NCBI GenBank assembly: GCA_977020255.1
Contig: CDROCS010000666.1
Location: 62,001 to 126,000 of the forward strand
Source of the DNA: Obrimoposthia wandeli
Lineage: Eukaryota
Length of the DNA stretch: 64,000 nt
Direction: 5' to 3'
In this document: positions 31,482-42,063 of the stretch, piece by piece
Numbering within the stretch: the first letter of the stretch is position 1
Layout of the letters: every line of letters starts with the position of its first letter
The notes under the pieces: generated by a model
The model's input: the letters and a program-made list of their open reading frames with translations, nothing else
What the model was told of the DNA's origin: nothing
Databases searched by the model: none
Made by a program: the position numbers and the translations under genes

Positions 31482-31808
31482 ATGAAAAAATATATTCCTA
31501 TTCTTGGTCTTAGTGCGATTTTATTAAGTTCGTTTTCAGTTCAAGCTGCCCTATTCAGCGATGCTGCAAAACTAGGTGCCAATGCTGGAGCAATGGAATA
31601 TTGTAAAAATATCGACTCTGGTGATTCTTCTAAATACAACTTACTGAAAATTCGCACATTAAAAGAATATGATCGTTTAGACAGTGGCGACCGAGCTAAA
31701 GCCCTTATATATCGCAAAAGTGCAGAAGATAAAGGTGTTTACCTTAATGATTCTTTAGATAAAAAGCGTTGCCAATCAATACGACGTACCCTGCACCTTA
31801 CGCTTTAA
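31482..31808 (+). CDS. Small secreted hypothetical protein
   Basis: Signal peptide (SVQA-A); two Cys. Confidence 0.65.
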   Translation: MKKYIPILGLSAILLSSFSVQAALFSDAAKLGANAGAMEYCKNIDSGDSSKYNLLKIRTLKEYDRLDSGDRAKALIYRKSAEDKGVYLNDSLDKKRCQSIRRTLHLTL

Positions 31809-31828
31809 TTCGCCAAGCTCTAAAGACA

Positions 31829-32308
31829 TCATTCACCTGTCAAAACGATATCATCGCGAATAAGCTTCTTACATAAAGATAGAATCAACCCACGTTCTTC
31901 TGTTGTTAACGGTGAGTAAAAATCGTCGACAAGCGCACTCAGTTGCTGGTGCGCTTTGTCTTTCACTTCAACCCCTTTTTGGGTTAATACAAGGTAACGG
32001 GCTTTCTTATTCAGCTCACTCTTATGCACTTCAACCAAACCACGTTTAATGCAGTTATCCACTAAACGCTTAGTTACCGAGCGTTCACGGCGTAATGCTT
32101 CTGCTAATGCTTGCTGAGGTACTTCACCCAAATGCGCCAGTACGCGCAATGCACCCAACATTTCCAATGTGATATCACACTCTACCGCTAATGTTTGATT
32201 AGCAATAGTTCTAAACTGTTTATAGGCTAAACCCAACATGAAAGATGTGTTGTTCTCTAACTCTGGAATCATTGTAATTGGCTTAGTCATGGTAATCTCA
32301 TACTTCAT
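31829..32308 (-). CDS. MarR-family regulator
   Basis: QQALAEALRRERSVTKRLVDNCIKRGLVE..KARYLVLTQKG. Confidence 0.88.
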   Translation of the reverse strand: MKYEITMTKPITMIPELENNTSFMLGLAYKQFRTIANQTLAVECDITLEMLGALRVLAHLGEVPQQALAEALRRERSVTKRLVDNCIKRGLVEVHKSELNKKARYLVLTQKGVEVKDKAHQQLSALVDDFYSPLTTEERGLILSLCKKLIRDDIVLTGE

Positions 32309-32322
32309 TAAGTGTTGCGACG

Positions 32323-33369
32323 TTATGTTAACGAAGCAATTTGATTCACGCGTGATTTGGTGAGCTGATAAACAATAAATAATATACCTAAAGTTACGGT
32401 AAGTTCCCATGCTCGTAAGAAGGTACTTTCCAAACCTAGGGTATTATTTCCAATATATAGCTGAATCGGTAACATAGTGGCCAATAATGCATCTCCATGA
32501 ATATCTCTTGATACGCCTTCAGATGTTGCCATTAATTTCGCAATAATAAAAACGGTCAACCCTAATCCTAATCCGTAATACCCAATAATATTTTGATGCC
32601 CCGCCATTAATAACGTGAAAATAACTGCGACAGCACAACCGCCAACCTGGGTGATAAAACGACGCTCAACAACATCAATAAATTTACTACGTGAAAATTG
32701 CGTGGCGGCAGCAATAACTGGCACCATGCAGAAGGTGGCTGAGATCAAATCCACAATCATTAAAAAGCCTAAACCGCAGCCAATTAACCCCATTGATACC
32801 AAACGGTTTTGATACGTAACATTTTGTGGTGTAAATACTGGTGGCTTATTGCCTTTTTTCATGGGGAATAGCCATAGCATCACTTTAGTCACGATAATCG
32901 TAATGATCATGGATAAGAGTATTTCTCGGATACGATCAGGCATATCCATTGTCGTTGTTTGTGCAAATACGACAACCAAAATCCAGTTAAATGTCGGCAT
33001 TAACATTCCACCTAATTTTGCAGGTGTGTTTGCTCGACGTCGTAACTGATCGATAAAAATAAGGCTGATTGTCCACACAATGAAAGGATGATCTTGAAAC
33101 ACTTCAACAACGAGCAATGCCGTTGATGCAGCAAAAAAAGTGGGTAGTAGCATTTTGACTAACCCTTTAAAAGAATAGTCTTTTGCTTTTGTCATTACAA
33201 TTGTTGGGTATAACGCAAGATATACAGCTGAACCAAAATCCAACAGTTTACCCGCCAGCATACAAATAGTAATAGTAAAGGCGATTCTAAGCGCTTCATT
33301 CGTGCTGGCACTAAAACCACCAACATTTAAATGCGTCATTATCTTTGGCATTGCATCCCCCTTAAGCAC
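32323..33369 (-). CDS. DUF2955-type inner-membrane efflux component
   Basis: Multi-TM; LRIAF..YLALYP; lies between HlyD and MarR genes. Confidence 0.75.
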   Translation of the reverse strand: MLKGDAMPKIMTHLNVGGFSASTNEALRIAFTITICMLAGKLLDFGSAVYLALYPTIVMTKAKDYSFKGLVKMLLPTFFAASTALLVVEVFQDHPFIVWTISLIFIDQLRRRANTPAKLGGMLMPTFNWILVVVFAQTTTMDMPDRIREILLSMIITIIVTKVMLWLFPMKKGNKPPVFTPQNVTYQNRLVSMGLIGCGLGFLMIVDLISATFCMVPVIAAATQFSRSKFIDVVERRFITQVGGCAVAVIFTLLMAGHQNIIGYYGLGLGLTVFIIAKLMATSEGVSRDIHGDALLATMLPIQLYIGNNTLGLESTFLRAWELTVTLGILFIVYQLTKSRVNQIASLT

Positions 33370-33380
33370 GCACTTTAGAA

Positions 33381-34433
33381 TTAATAGATGTAGCGAAAGT
33401 AAGCGACAACTTGAATCCAGCTATGACCGATTGCATCAATCAAACCATTGCCATTTTTAACAATAACGCTCGCCTTAGAGCCTGAGATTAATGCAGAATC
33501 GACGCCATCGACCTGAATACGTGTACGGATTTTTTGCTGCTCTCGAATCCAACGGCTGTCATTGGTAACATCCGATAACATGCTGTTTTGGCTAGATGCG
33601 TCATAAATAGCGCTATCACGATTAATAACCTGCCCTTCAAATAATTGACCGGGCATCGCATCAAAAGCAACTAGCACAGGGGTACCAACCATTAGATGTG
33701 AAATGCCTTTTTCATTAAAATCGGCTTTTAACCAACTACTTGCTTCATTAACCAAAAACATGGCGACGGTGCCTTTATTCATATAGGTACCCGCTTGAAG
33801 CTGTAAGTTACTCACAGTGCCATCAATTTTTGCTACAACAACCGCATGCGATAAATCCAGCTCTGCTTGTTCTAACTTGGCTTTTGCCAGTTCAATAGCA
33901 GCATTATTATCTTCTGTCGCAAGCTCTGCCTGAATACGTAAACTATCAGCACGCGCAGATTGAACAACCCTTTCTGCAACTCTGTCATTCATCTGTACAT
34001 CATCAAATCCTTGCTGGGTTATCAACCCTTTAGATAAAAGCGATTGGTAACGCTTTAATTTCGTTTTGGCATTCTGCCATTCGATATTTCGCTGCGCTAA
34101 TGTTTGGTTAGCCGCTTGAAGTTCTTGCCATTTTGCTGAGTTCGTTTCTTGTACCTGATGTAACTCAGCTTGTGATTGACGTACCGCTAATTCGTAACTG
34201 CGACTATCAATTGAAAACAAAACATCACCCGCTTTTACTGTTTCACCATTTTCAACATTGACCTTCGTGACAACGCCAGTTACTTCCGGGGCAATATTGG
34301 CGACCGTTTTCTGCATACTTGCTTGAGTCGTAAAAGGGGCAACATTGTCAGAAGTAATAAGAAAAGCAGAAAACCCAATGGTGACACTTAGAACAACATA
34401 GATGGCGTATTGATAAATTTTATCTCTTTTCAT
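33381..34433 (-). CDS. HlyD-family membrane-fusion protein
   Basis: NIAPEVTGVV..GDVLFSID, coiled coil and ADFNEK. Confidence 0.92.
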   Translation of the reverse strand: MKRDKIYQYAIYVVLSVTIGFSAFLITSDNVAPFTTQASMQKTVANIAPEVTGVVTKVNVENGETVKAGDVLFSIDSRSYELAVRQSQAELHQVQETNSAKWQELQAANQTLAQRNIEWQNAKTKLKRYQSLLSKGLITQQGFDDVQMNDRVAERVVQSARADSLRIQAELATEDNNAAIELAKAKLEQAELDLSHAVVVAKIDGTVSNLQLQAGTYMNKGTVAMFLVNEASSWLKADFNEKGISHLMVGTPVLVAFDAMPGQLFEGQVINRDSAIYDASSQNSMLSDVTNDSRWIREQQKIRTRIQVDGVDSALISGSKASVIVKNGNGLIDAIGHSWIQVVAYFRYIY

Positions 34434-34680
34434 TTTTGTTACCTATACAACAATATTTTTATATGAGAAGTGTACTCTTTTTTGTTGCAGATGCAACAAT
34501 AGTGAAATAGAAGAATCACCAGCAGTAACCATGAACAAAGCAGCATGGGATTAAAAGCAGGATTAGATAGAAGAATGAATTATGAAGTAAAACGTTAAGA
34601 ATCAAAGTGATGGTTATGCCCCATCACTCAAAATATATAATAAATACGGTAATAAAAAACGAACATAATGATACCGACAA

Positions 34681-35574
34681 TCACGTAAATATTTCATTTT
34701 TCATGTATGTTTTAAGCATTGAACATACCGCTTGAAAAACAGGGCCTGATTGATGTCTTCTCGAGGTAATGCAATCTATTGTGTTGATCCAACCATTTGG
34801 TTCATATTCTAGATTAAGTGATACCAACTTCCCCTCTTGTATGGCAGAAGCAGCCAAGCTTTCAGGAATAACCGCCCAACCAATACCTTGCTGAGCAAGA
34901 TGAAGTAGCATCAAATGGTTACTCGCATACCAAGCTTTAATGCTTATGCCATAGCTAAACCAGAGCTCTTTTCCTTGCGAAGATCGTTGTACGATTTGAC
35001 GATAATTTCTTAAGTCTGTATCTTTCACGCTTTCTAGACTTGATAACGGATGGCTGGGTGACACAACCGTTATGAATCGGTTATAGCCCAACGTGAAAAA
35101 ATCCATCTCGTTTTGCATCTTTCCGTCAGCGTAGATAATACCGACTTGCGCAGTGCCCTCACTCACCATTTTTTCAACATCAAAAGTAGAAGCGGAGACT
35201 ATCTCAATATTGGTGATAGGAAACTGTTCGGCAAGTTCACTTAATTTTTTTAACAGCTTTGCATCCACCAAACTTTCTTCAATGGCGAGTACTAATTCGT
35301 GCTCATGTTGCTGATCGAGCGATGCTACCTTTTGATCAAAGTGAAGCTGTTGATGCAAGATAGATTTTGCAATTGGTAATAATGCCGTGCCTTGTGCAGT
35401 AAGCACTGGAATATTACGGCTACGGTCAAACAACTGTTGGTTTAGTGCAATTTCAAGGTTAGATACCGACTGACTTACTCCCGATTGTGCGCGCTTTAAC
35501 TGCCTGGCAGCTGCCGAAAAAGAACCACACTCACACACGGCTACAAAGATTTTGAGTTGTTCAAAGCTATACAT
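34681..35574 (-). CDS. LysR-family regulator
   Basis: GSFSAAARQLKRAQSGVSQ. Confidence 0.95.
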   Translation of the reverse strand: MYSFEQLKIFVAVCECGSFSAAARQLKRAQSGVSQSVSNLEIALNQQLFDRSRNIPVLTAQGTALLPIAKSILHQQLHFDQKVASLDQQHEHELVLAIEESLVDAKLLKKLSELAEQFPITNIEIVSASTFDVEKMVSEGTAQVGIIYADGKMQNEMDFFTLGYNRFITVVSPSHPLSSLESVKDTDLRNYRQIVQRSSQGKELWFSYGISIKAWYASNHLMLLHLAQQGIGWAVIPESLAASAIQEGKLVSLNLEYEPNGWINTIDCITSRRHQSGPVFQAVCSMLKTYMKNEIFT

Positions 35575-35607
35575 TTTTTCACCGTCTTTCTTGAGTTACG
35601 ACTGATA

Positions 35608-36504
35608 TTACATTCTTTTACTGGCGGCATTTCGCAGCATATTATAAAAACATTTGGCTGCTAGCCCAGTTTTCACGCCCTTGGGTAAGGTTAAGTGCAG
35701 AGGAACTTGATAACGCTCAGCATTTTCAATCTTAAGTACCACTATTTTATCATTCGCACGACTTTTCACTATGTGCTCAGGTAAACGACAAAATCCTACA
35801 CCCTGCTCAATGGCACGAAAAGCATGATCGAAATTATCTACCGTAATACGTTGCTGTGATTTGAGCCAACCAACATCTTGCTTGCTGTTTCTGTCTGTTT
35901 CGCTGCCTAAATCCCTGATCACAATTTGACTAGTTGCAGACATATCAGTAAGGCTAAGAGAGGCCTTTTGCGCCAACGAATGATGTGCCGCAACCACAGG
36001 AACCATGGTCGTAATGCCAAAAGCTTCTGCTGGGTAATTTGTAACAGGCAGATTAATAATAGCGATATCTGCTTGTTCACTGGTCACCATTTCTGTGGTT
36101 TTCGACAGTGACGTTTCCACTACCTGAATCGACGTAGTGCTATTTTGCGCTAAGTATTCCGCCATTGGCTGATATAGCCATTCCTGATCGCAAAGGTGAT
36201 CGACCGCAATAGTGATCTCAGATTCAATCCCTTTCGATAGCTGCTCACTGATCACTTCCAGTTCGTGTGCTTGATCCAGCAACGTATTGGCCCGACGCAA
36301 TAATGACTTACCGTCTTCAGTTAGAACCGCTCTGCGCCCTTGTATTTCTATCAGTGATATACCTAGTTGCCCTTCAAGCTTTTTGACGGCGTAAATCAGC
36401 GTGGTATGGCTTTTGTTCAATACTGTAGCAGCTGCCTGAATACTACCAGCTCGATCTATTTCATACAGTGTCAGCCACTGGTCGAGTGTCGTCTTTAATC
36501 TCAT
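35608..36504 (-). CDS. LysR-family regulator
   Basis: GSIQAAA..KSHTTLIYAVKKLE; divergent from ydhR. Confidence 0.92.
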   Translation of the reverse strand: MRLKTTLDQWLTLYEIDRAGSIQAAATVLNKSHTTLIYAVKKLEGQLGISLIEIQGRRAVLTEDGKSLLRRANTLLDQAHELEVISEQLSKGIESEITIAVDHLCDQEWLYQPMAEYLAQNSTTSIQVVETSLSKTTEMVTSEQADIAIINLPVTNYPAEAFGITTMVPVVAAHHSLAQKASLSLTDMSATSQIVIRDLGSETDRNSKQDVGWLKSQQRITVDNFDHAFRAIEQGVGFCRLPEHIVKSRANDKIVVLKIENAERYQVPLHLTLPKGVKTGLAAKCFYNMLRNAASKRM

Positions 36505-36632
36505 TGGTCTAATTTTTCCACAGTTAATGGCAATATTATGAACTTTTCTGTTTATTTTTTATAGGTAAGAATAGACCCAATAGCAGAAAACAACGCCGAC
36601 AAAATGGCAGACTAAAATACGGAGAGACAACA

Positions 36633-36938
36633 ATGAAAAAATTACTACAGGTTGATTTCGAGTTTAACGGCCCATTTGGTGAAGATATGGCAAATGCCTT
36701 AGTTGGACTTGCCGAATCAATTAACCACGAGACAGGCATGATCTGGAAAATCTGGACTGAAAGTGCCAAAGATAAGTTGGGTGGCGGCATCTATCTGTTT
36801 GAAGACGAAGCAAGTGCACAGGCATACCTGCTAATGCACACCGCGCGTTTACAGCAGATGGGAGTCGGTGAAGTTCGCGGGCATATTTTTGACATCAACC
36901 AACCACTAACAGCAATCAATAACGGCCCTATCAACTAG
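36633..36938 (+). CDS. ydhR: YdhR-like putative monooxygenase
   Basis: [37 protein letters not shown]. Confidence 0.85.
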   Translation: MKKLLQVDFEFNGPFGEDMANALVGLAESINHETGMIWKIWTESAKDKLGGGIYLFEDEASAQAYLLMHTARLQQMGVGEVRGHIFDINQPLTAINNGPIN

Positions 36939-36948
36939 GAATAAAACC

Positions 36949-37326
36949 ATGAATAACAAATCCTTTTTAACCCTACATGGTGGTATATACCTGCTATTCG
37001 CACTGGCACTGTTCTTTATACCTGACCTGATATGGCCTATGTATGGCGTAGAATTAAATGACCAATACGCCTATTTCCTATCACAACATACCAGCATCTT
37101 TCTGGGTGGCATCGCCGCTATTAGTCTGATGTTAAGAGACATCGAGCAAAAGGTGGTCACGAAGAAATTGTTGATCGCTTTAGTCATCACCAATGTTCTC
37201 GGTGTGATTATTACCGTCTATGCAGGAGTTAAAGGGATATTCGTTGGTTTTGGCTGGAGTGATCCCGCTTTCTTCACTTTGCTTTCAATACTCAGTTTTA
37301 TACAACTGAAAAAGCAGTCAATCTGA
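36949..37326 (+). CDS. Small 4-TM membrane protein
   Basis: Four hydrophobic helices; co-transcribed with ydhR. Confidence 0.75.
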   Translation: MNNKSFLTLHGGIYLLFALALFFIPDLIWPMYGVELNDQYAYFLSQHTSIFLGGIAAISLMLRDIEQKVVTKKLLIALVITNVLGVIITVYAGVKGIFVGFGWSDPAFFTLLSILSFIQLKKQSI

Positions 37327-37501
37327 GCGCTAAAACGAAGATAAAACTAAGAGAAAACAGATAAAGCCTGCCGTTGAGTTCATATTTTTCACTAGAAAGA
37401 ATCTAGAAAAAGAACCTATTGCAGGCTTTAAGCACCCTAGCATTCAATCATATACAGGATCTTAAGATCTAAGCGTATATTTTAGATAGAAAAAGACCAA
37501 A

Positions 37502-37528
37502 GATACTGCTTTGATACCAAAATGATAC
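37502..37528 (+). promoter_or_regulatory. Three GATAC pentamers at 11-bp period
   Basis: GATAC at 37502, 37513 and 37524, about 65 bp upstream of the DUF917 gene. Confidence 0.55.
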
Positions 37529-37593
37529 TGAACTAATCTCGACAACAACATACTGTTTCTGTTTCTGTTTCAACAATTGAAAGGATTCAAAAT

Positions 37594-38790
37594 ATGGTAT
37601 TAGAAAAAAAGACACTCAATCACGAAGATTTAAGCGATATTCTTTTAGGCGCTCACTTTTATGCATGCGGTGGTGGTGGCGCGCTAGAAAATGGTAAGGA
37701 GCTACTTAAAGAAATTGATAAGCACTTCAATTCAAAGTCTGAGGTTCAAATTCAATATGTGGAACTGGCTGAAGTCAAAGATACGGACCAGTTACCAGTA
37801 ATGGCTGCAATGGGGGCCCCGCAAAAATTTCTGGAAAAAGGTTATAGTCAATCCCCAATTAGTGCGTTTAATGCCCTTGAGAAACTCAGCAAAACCCAAT
37901 TCGCAACTTTATCACCCGTTGAAACTGGTCCGATAGCCTATGGTATGAGCTTATTAGTTGCTGCAGTAAAAGGTATTCCGATTGTTAATGGCGATGGTGG
38001 TGGAAGAGCTTTCCCATGTTTACAGTTATCTACCTTTGCGAATATAAACTTAGAGAGCCCGATAGCAGTTGCCCCCAGTGTACTCACGTCAGAAAAATCA
38101 ATGCAAGAAGACGGTGCCATTATTACTATTGACTGCGGTTCCAGTGCTGATGTTGACGCGATGACCAGAGGTATTATCAGTACCTCGAAGTGCTTTGATG
38201 ATCGTGCTTCTCTTGCCTCTTTCAACATGACTGGTAAGCAACTAAAACAGCCGAATGCGTTTGTGCCAGATATGCTAATTAAATCGAAAAATCTGGGGGG
38301 TCATATTAGGGAATGTATTTCAGACAACCTTTCTTGTTTTAGTGCCATAGAGCAATTAGACGGGGCTAATTGTGTTATGCAAGGCCGGTTAAGTAATATC
38401 CTTACTTTAACAGTCAATGGTTTTGACTGGGTCACACAAGAATACACCTCAAATTGCTCTAGTGAAAAATTCTATGTTGTTTCACAAAATGAGAATATGA
38501 TTTTATGGTCTGATGATATGGATACACCTATAGCGTTGGCACCTGATCTAATTTGCTGTATTTCTAGTGATGCATCTTTAATGAGCAATGACGAAATTAT
38601 CGAAGCCTGGAATAAAAACAAATCAGACACTCGCTTACAAGAAATGGCCATATTCACTTTACCTGCTGCCTCGCAAATTAACCAACCTTGGTTTCATGAC
38701 AACTTCTCCCAAATATTTAAGCAGTTTGGATATTTTGGTAGTTATCACCCACCAATAACGAAAAATACAGGAGGTTGCAATGCAGAGTAA
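37594..38790 (+). CDS. DUF917-family protein
   Basis: LGAHFYACGGGG, MGAP, PVETG and NGDGGGRAFPCLQ. Confidence 0.88.
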   Translation: MVLEKKTLNHEDLSDILLGAHFYACGGGGALENGKELLKEIDKHFNSKSEVQIQYVELAEVKDTDQLPVMAAMGAPQKFLEKGYSQSPISAFNALEKLSKTQFATLSPVETGPIAYGMSLLVAAVKGIPIVNGDGGGRAFPCLQLSTFANINLESPIAVAPSVLTSEKSMQEDGAIITIDCGSSADVDAMTRGIISTSKCFDDRASLASFNMTGKQLKQPNAFVPDMLIKSKNLGGHIRECISDNLSCFSAIEQLDGANCVMQGRLSNILTLTVNGFDWVTQEYTSNCSSEKFYVVSQNENMILWSDDMDTPIALAPDLICCISSDASLMSNDEIIEAWNKNKSDTRLQEMAIFTLPAASQINQPWFHDNFSQIFKQFGYFGSYHPPITKNTGGCNAE

Positions 38791-39517
38791 AATGAAGCTT
38801 AAAATTATCATTCCTGTTAATACCACTGAGTTTACCGCTCAGATCTCAAAAAGCGTTGATAAATTCAGAAGTGAAAGCGTGAGTATTGATCTTGAGCACA
38901 TTGATAATGGGACCCCTTTTATTCAATCTCGCATAGATCTCGCCATTAACGCGCCTTACGTTATCGAGAAAATAGTTAAAGCAGAACAAGATGGTTTTGA
39001 CGGAATATTTGTCACTGATATGGATATGTGCGGTGTTGAAGCGGCTCGGCAAGCGGTTAGAATTCCGGTGATTGGCGGGTTTAGACCTAGCCTTTACACC
39101 GCAATGTTATTAAGTCAAAAGGTTTCGATACTAACAGTGAATGATGTGGTGGATTTACAAAACGAGCATATCCGCGCATTTGGTGTGACAGAAAACCTCG
39201 CATCGATTCTACCTCTGAATAAGAGTGTTGATGAGTTAAAGAATCCAACACCTGAAGGCGAAAGCAAAATACTTACCGAGTTGTTTGAATTGGCATGCAA
39301 AGCTGTTGAACAAGATGGCGCAGGCAGCATCATGTTCGGCTGCACAGGATTCACGGATTTTGCCGCACCGTTAAACGAATTGCTAAGTGCTAAATTCAAA
39401 CAGAACGTTCCGGTGATGGACCCTAATTGTTGTGCAATTGGCTATTTGATTATGTTGGTGCAAAATAGACTTTCACAAAGTGGATTAAGTTATCCGTATA
39501 AGGGAGTTAGGCAATAG
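38780..39517 (+). CDS. Asp/Glu/hydantoin (allantoin) racemase-family protein
   Basis: IIPVNT, GVEAARQAVRIPVIG, FGCTGF and VPVMDP; overlaps the DUF917 stop. Confidence 0.85.
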   Translation: MQSKMKLKIIIPVNTTEFTAQISKSVDKFRSESVSIDLEHIDNGTPFIQSRIDLAINAPYVIEKIVKAEQDGFDGIFVTDMDMCGVEAARQAVRIPVIGGFRPSLYTAMLLSQKVSILTVNDVVDLQNEHIRAFGVTENLASILPLNKSVDELKNPTPEGESKILTELFELACKAVEQDGAGSIMFGCTGFTDFAAPLNELLSAKFKQNVPVMDPNCCAIGYLIMLVQNRLSQSGLSYPYKGVRQ

Positions 39518-39592
39518 ACCACGATATAGACGTATGAGATTTGGATAGAGGTGTAAATAAATGAAAGGCAGCCCAAAAAAGGCTGCTTTCAT

Positions 39593-39935
39593 TTATTCTG
39601 TGATGTCGATTATTCCTGCAAAGCATTCATACTGATGTGGTAAAATACATTAATTGAAACTGCCGAACGCAAGCGCAATTGAGAAAGCCATCTTTCCCAT
39701 AGCGAAGTAATGACCATCATTATTGCACTTTATATGTAACATCATCTCTATTTCAAAAAATTTATCTTGGTATTATCCATCACTATCACATTCCCGAATT
39801 TGCTCAGCTACACACGGTTTTTAAAAGTAATACCTTCTGTGCTCCCTATTAAGTGCAGCCTTAACTCGTCTAAAAAGTAAACCAACGAGGATTAAATTTA
39901 TAGACTCAACAAAAACTAAAGTTTGCCATAATTCA
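39593..39935 (+). mobile_element. IS982-family transposase remnant
   Basis: Manual translation LFCDVD..ERKRN*ESHLSHSEVMTIIIA..FPNLLSYTRFL..IKFIDST..VCHN, with stops and frameshifts. Confidence 0.8.
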
Positions 39936-40103
39936 AGAGTATACCTCGATATAAAGTATTTAAGGTTGTAACCAAAAAAAGGTAAAGAGAAGTGACATAG
40001 TTAATTTGGTCATCTAGTTTAGTTAGAAGTTGATATTATGTGCTTACGACAGGTCTGGCTTGTGATTGCCGGGTGGCTAATTTATCTTCAAATGTGGTAT
40101 TCG

Positions 40104-41111
40104 TTATGCCCAGCACATGGTTATCATGGCTGCAATATTCATGGGTCGAGTTTCGCCGCCACCAGTGTCAGTTGTTTTGATTTTCGCCATTGGGTTAATT
40201 ACTGGAGTACTAATTCCTGTCGGTTGTAAGGGTACATTTTGAGAGCCAAATTCTAATTGATGATTATGGCTGTGAATTTCATCCGATTCAGTAGATCCGA
40301 CACCATCGTATAATCCTTCTCTCCCTAGTAACTCTCGTTTATCGTTTCCAGTGTCTCTGTTCGATCCATTATCCCAGCTGCGAATAAAATACCCACGCAT
40401 ATCAGGGAGCAGAGAATTTTTTCCATTTTCGTCTGTTCCAAACCTCCCATTCAGTACTGAATTCAGCCTAGTCTGATTTTCATCTAATGCTATTGCTGGT
40501 TCGCAAACAGAAAGGTGTGTTGGAGGTGGAGTCTCCGTGTTTATCCAAAATTGCTGCTCCCCAATGATCCCTTTAACCATCAAAGGTAGATAATCTATGG
40601 CCTGCGCCCCTTTATTACAGTAAATTGAATATAGTATGATTTTTGCTTCCGGTACTTTACATTGCAGCTTAAACCTTAAAAAACTGGTATTTTCTCCAAT
40701 CTGAAGGTTTAATGAAAAGTTTATTAACTGGTTTTGTGCCGAAGGAATAGTCTTTGAGTTTTCAGCTTCTCCATCAGTAAGGGTCACAGTCACTTGAGCA
40801 CCTTCACTAATCATTATTGAGCCAGCAAGGGTAACCATTTCCCCTTGTAGATATTTATTAGCACGTGGAAATTCATTTAAATTCTGTGAAAGTGACAGGT
40901 ACGGAGCAGTATTCGACACAGTTAATTCACAACCGCCATCTGAATTTATTACCACTGGCATATTGTTACCTGATTTACGGTTTTCATACACCCATCCATC
41001 AGGATGGCCACAATCTCCTGAAACTTTATTACTAAAGAGCGAAAAATCACCGTTATAAACGAGATTGGTAAGAGCCTGTCTATTGTACTGTTGACAAAAA
41101 TGTTCATCCAT
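40104..41111 (-). CDS. CBM-like jelly-roll domain plus phage tail-collar domain protein
   Basis: N-terminal LTNLVYNGDF..DGW; C-terminal LPDMRGYFIRSWDNG..GS.E.DEIHSHNH..TGGGETRPMNIA. Confidence 0.8.
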   Translation of the reverse strand: MDEHFCQQYNRQALTNLVYNGDFSLFSNKVSGDCGHPDGWVYENRKSGNNMPVVINSDGGCELTVSNTAPYLSLSQNLNEFPRANKYLQGEMVTLAGSIMISEGAQVTVTLTDGEAENSKTIPSAQNQLINFSLNLQIGENTSFLRFKLQCKVPEAKIILYSIYCNKGAQAIDYLPLMVKGIIGEQQFWINTETPPPTHLSVCEPAIALDENQTRLNSVLNGRFGTDENGKNSLLPDMRGYFIRSWDNGSNRDTGNDKRELLGREGLYDGVGSTESDEIHSHNHQLEFGSQNVPLQPTGISTPVINPMAKIKTTDTGGGETRPMNIAAMITMCWA

Positions 41112-41370
41112 TGAGATATTCTCTTGTTATTATCTATACTTCTCTAATTTTTGGATTAACGTACATCCTGTATCTGTTGTTATCTGCTGGTCATATTCTT
41201 AGCAGAATTTGTCCTTGATAATGGGATATAAGCAAAAGCCAATGTAATACCATTATTGAATACATTCGCTTTTATGATGTTAGTGCTGTTCTCATTGCGT
41301 GGTAGTAACATACTGATTGCCAGGCTTTAACCCCTGGCTTTGGTTAATGTTCTTTTTTATGTAATGTGTA

Positions 41371-42063
41371 TTACGCCATTTCGACCAACTCTGTTTTAAA
41401 ACTTTCTACGAATGGGCTCGTACCGAATTTCAGATCTATCCAGTTGTTGTTTTCATCCAATGTCACACGTGCATGTGGTTTTGAACTAGGGAATACAATT
41501 TTTTGTTTTCCTGTTGTTTGATTTGCAGATATAACTTCATTGCCCTTTACTGAAGCGCTACCTGCTGTGACGTAGTATGATATGTCAGGTTCCATTGCTA
41601 GAACCGCATTATTTTCCGCCGTATGAACAAATGCCATTTTCTTGTTCATTGCTAGTGAGAACGCAAATGTGTCTGATGGAATAATGGGATCAGCATCTAA
41701 TGTTTCTATAAAAAAGGAACCAGCTTCGTCTTTACTATCAGTAGGGTCTGAAAATCCTGCAGCCCCATTGCTATCTAAATAAAACTTACACTTATTTGGC
41801 TTGCCAGAAATGCTAACATCTTTTTGTCCGCCGACGCTTAATACAGTCCCAGCTTTCAACGTTTCTGTTTCTGACCATTGTAACTGGAACGCTGTTTCCC
41901 AATTGAATCCTGCGTGCTGCGTGTCCCTTACCGGGCGAAGATTAGTTAACCATGCTGTTTGAGAGAAGCCGTTTTTCAGTAAGTTAGGATCGTCCTGGAA
42001 CATGAAGATGTTTTGTGTTTTTCCACTGTTATTTTGTACGTATAGAGTAAATTTATCTGACAT
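41371..42063 (-). CDS. RhiA-like beta-rich protein
   Basis: FTLYVQNNS..AW..FNWETAFQLQWSET..SYYVTAG..VF..ARVTLDENNNW resembles the RhiA family as recalled; no signal peptide. Confidence 0.6.
   Translation of the reverse strand: MSDKFTLYVQNNSGKTQNIFMFQDDPNLLKNGFSQTAWLTNLRPVRDTQHAGFNWETAFQLQWSETETLKAGTVLSVGGQKDVSISGKPNKCKFYLDSNGAAGFSDPTDSKDEAGSFFIETLDADPIIPSDTFAFSLAMNKKMAFVHTAENNAVLAMEPDISYYVTAGSASVKGNEVISANQTTGKQKIVFPSSKPHARVTLDENNNWIDLKFGTSPFVESFKTELVEMA

Noticed and set aside
37553-37570. (CTGTTT)3 repeat just upstream of DUF917
   Set aside because: Only three units and no counterpart at the other island promoters; probably incidental.
40104-41111. Prophage
   Set aside because: No integrase, terminase, capsid, sheath, holin or att repeats are seen around the tail-collar gene.
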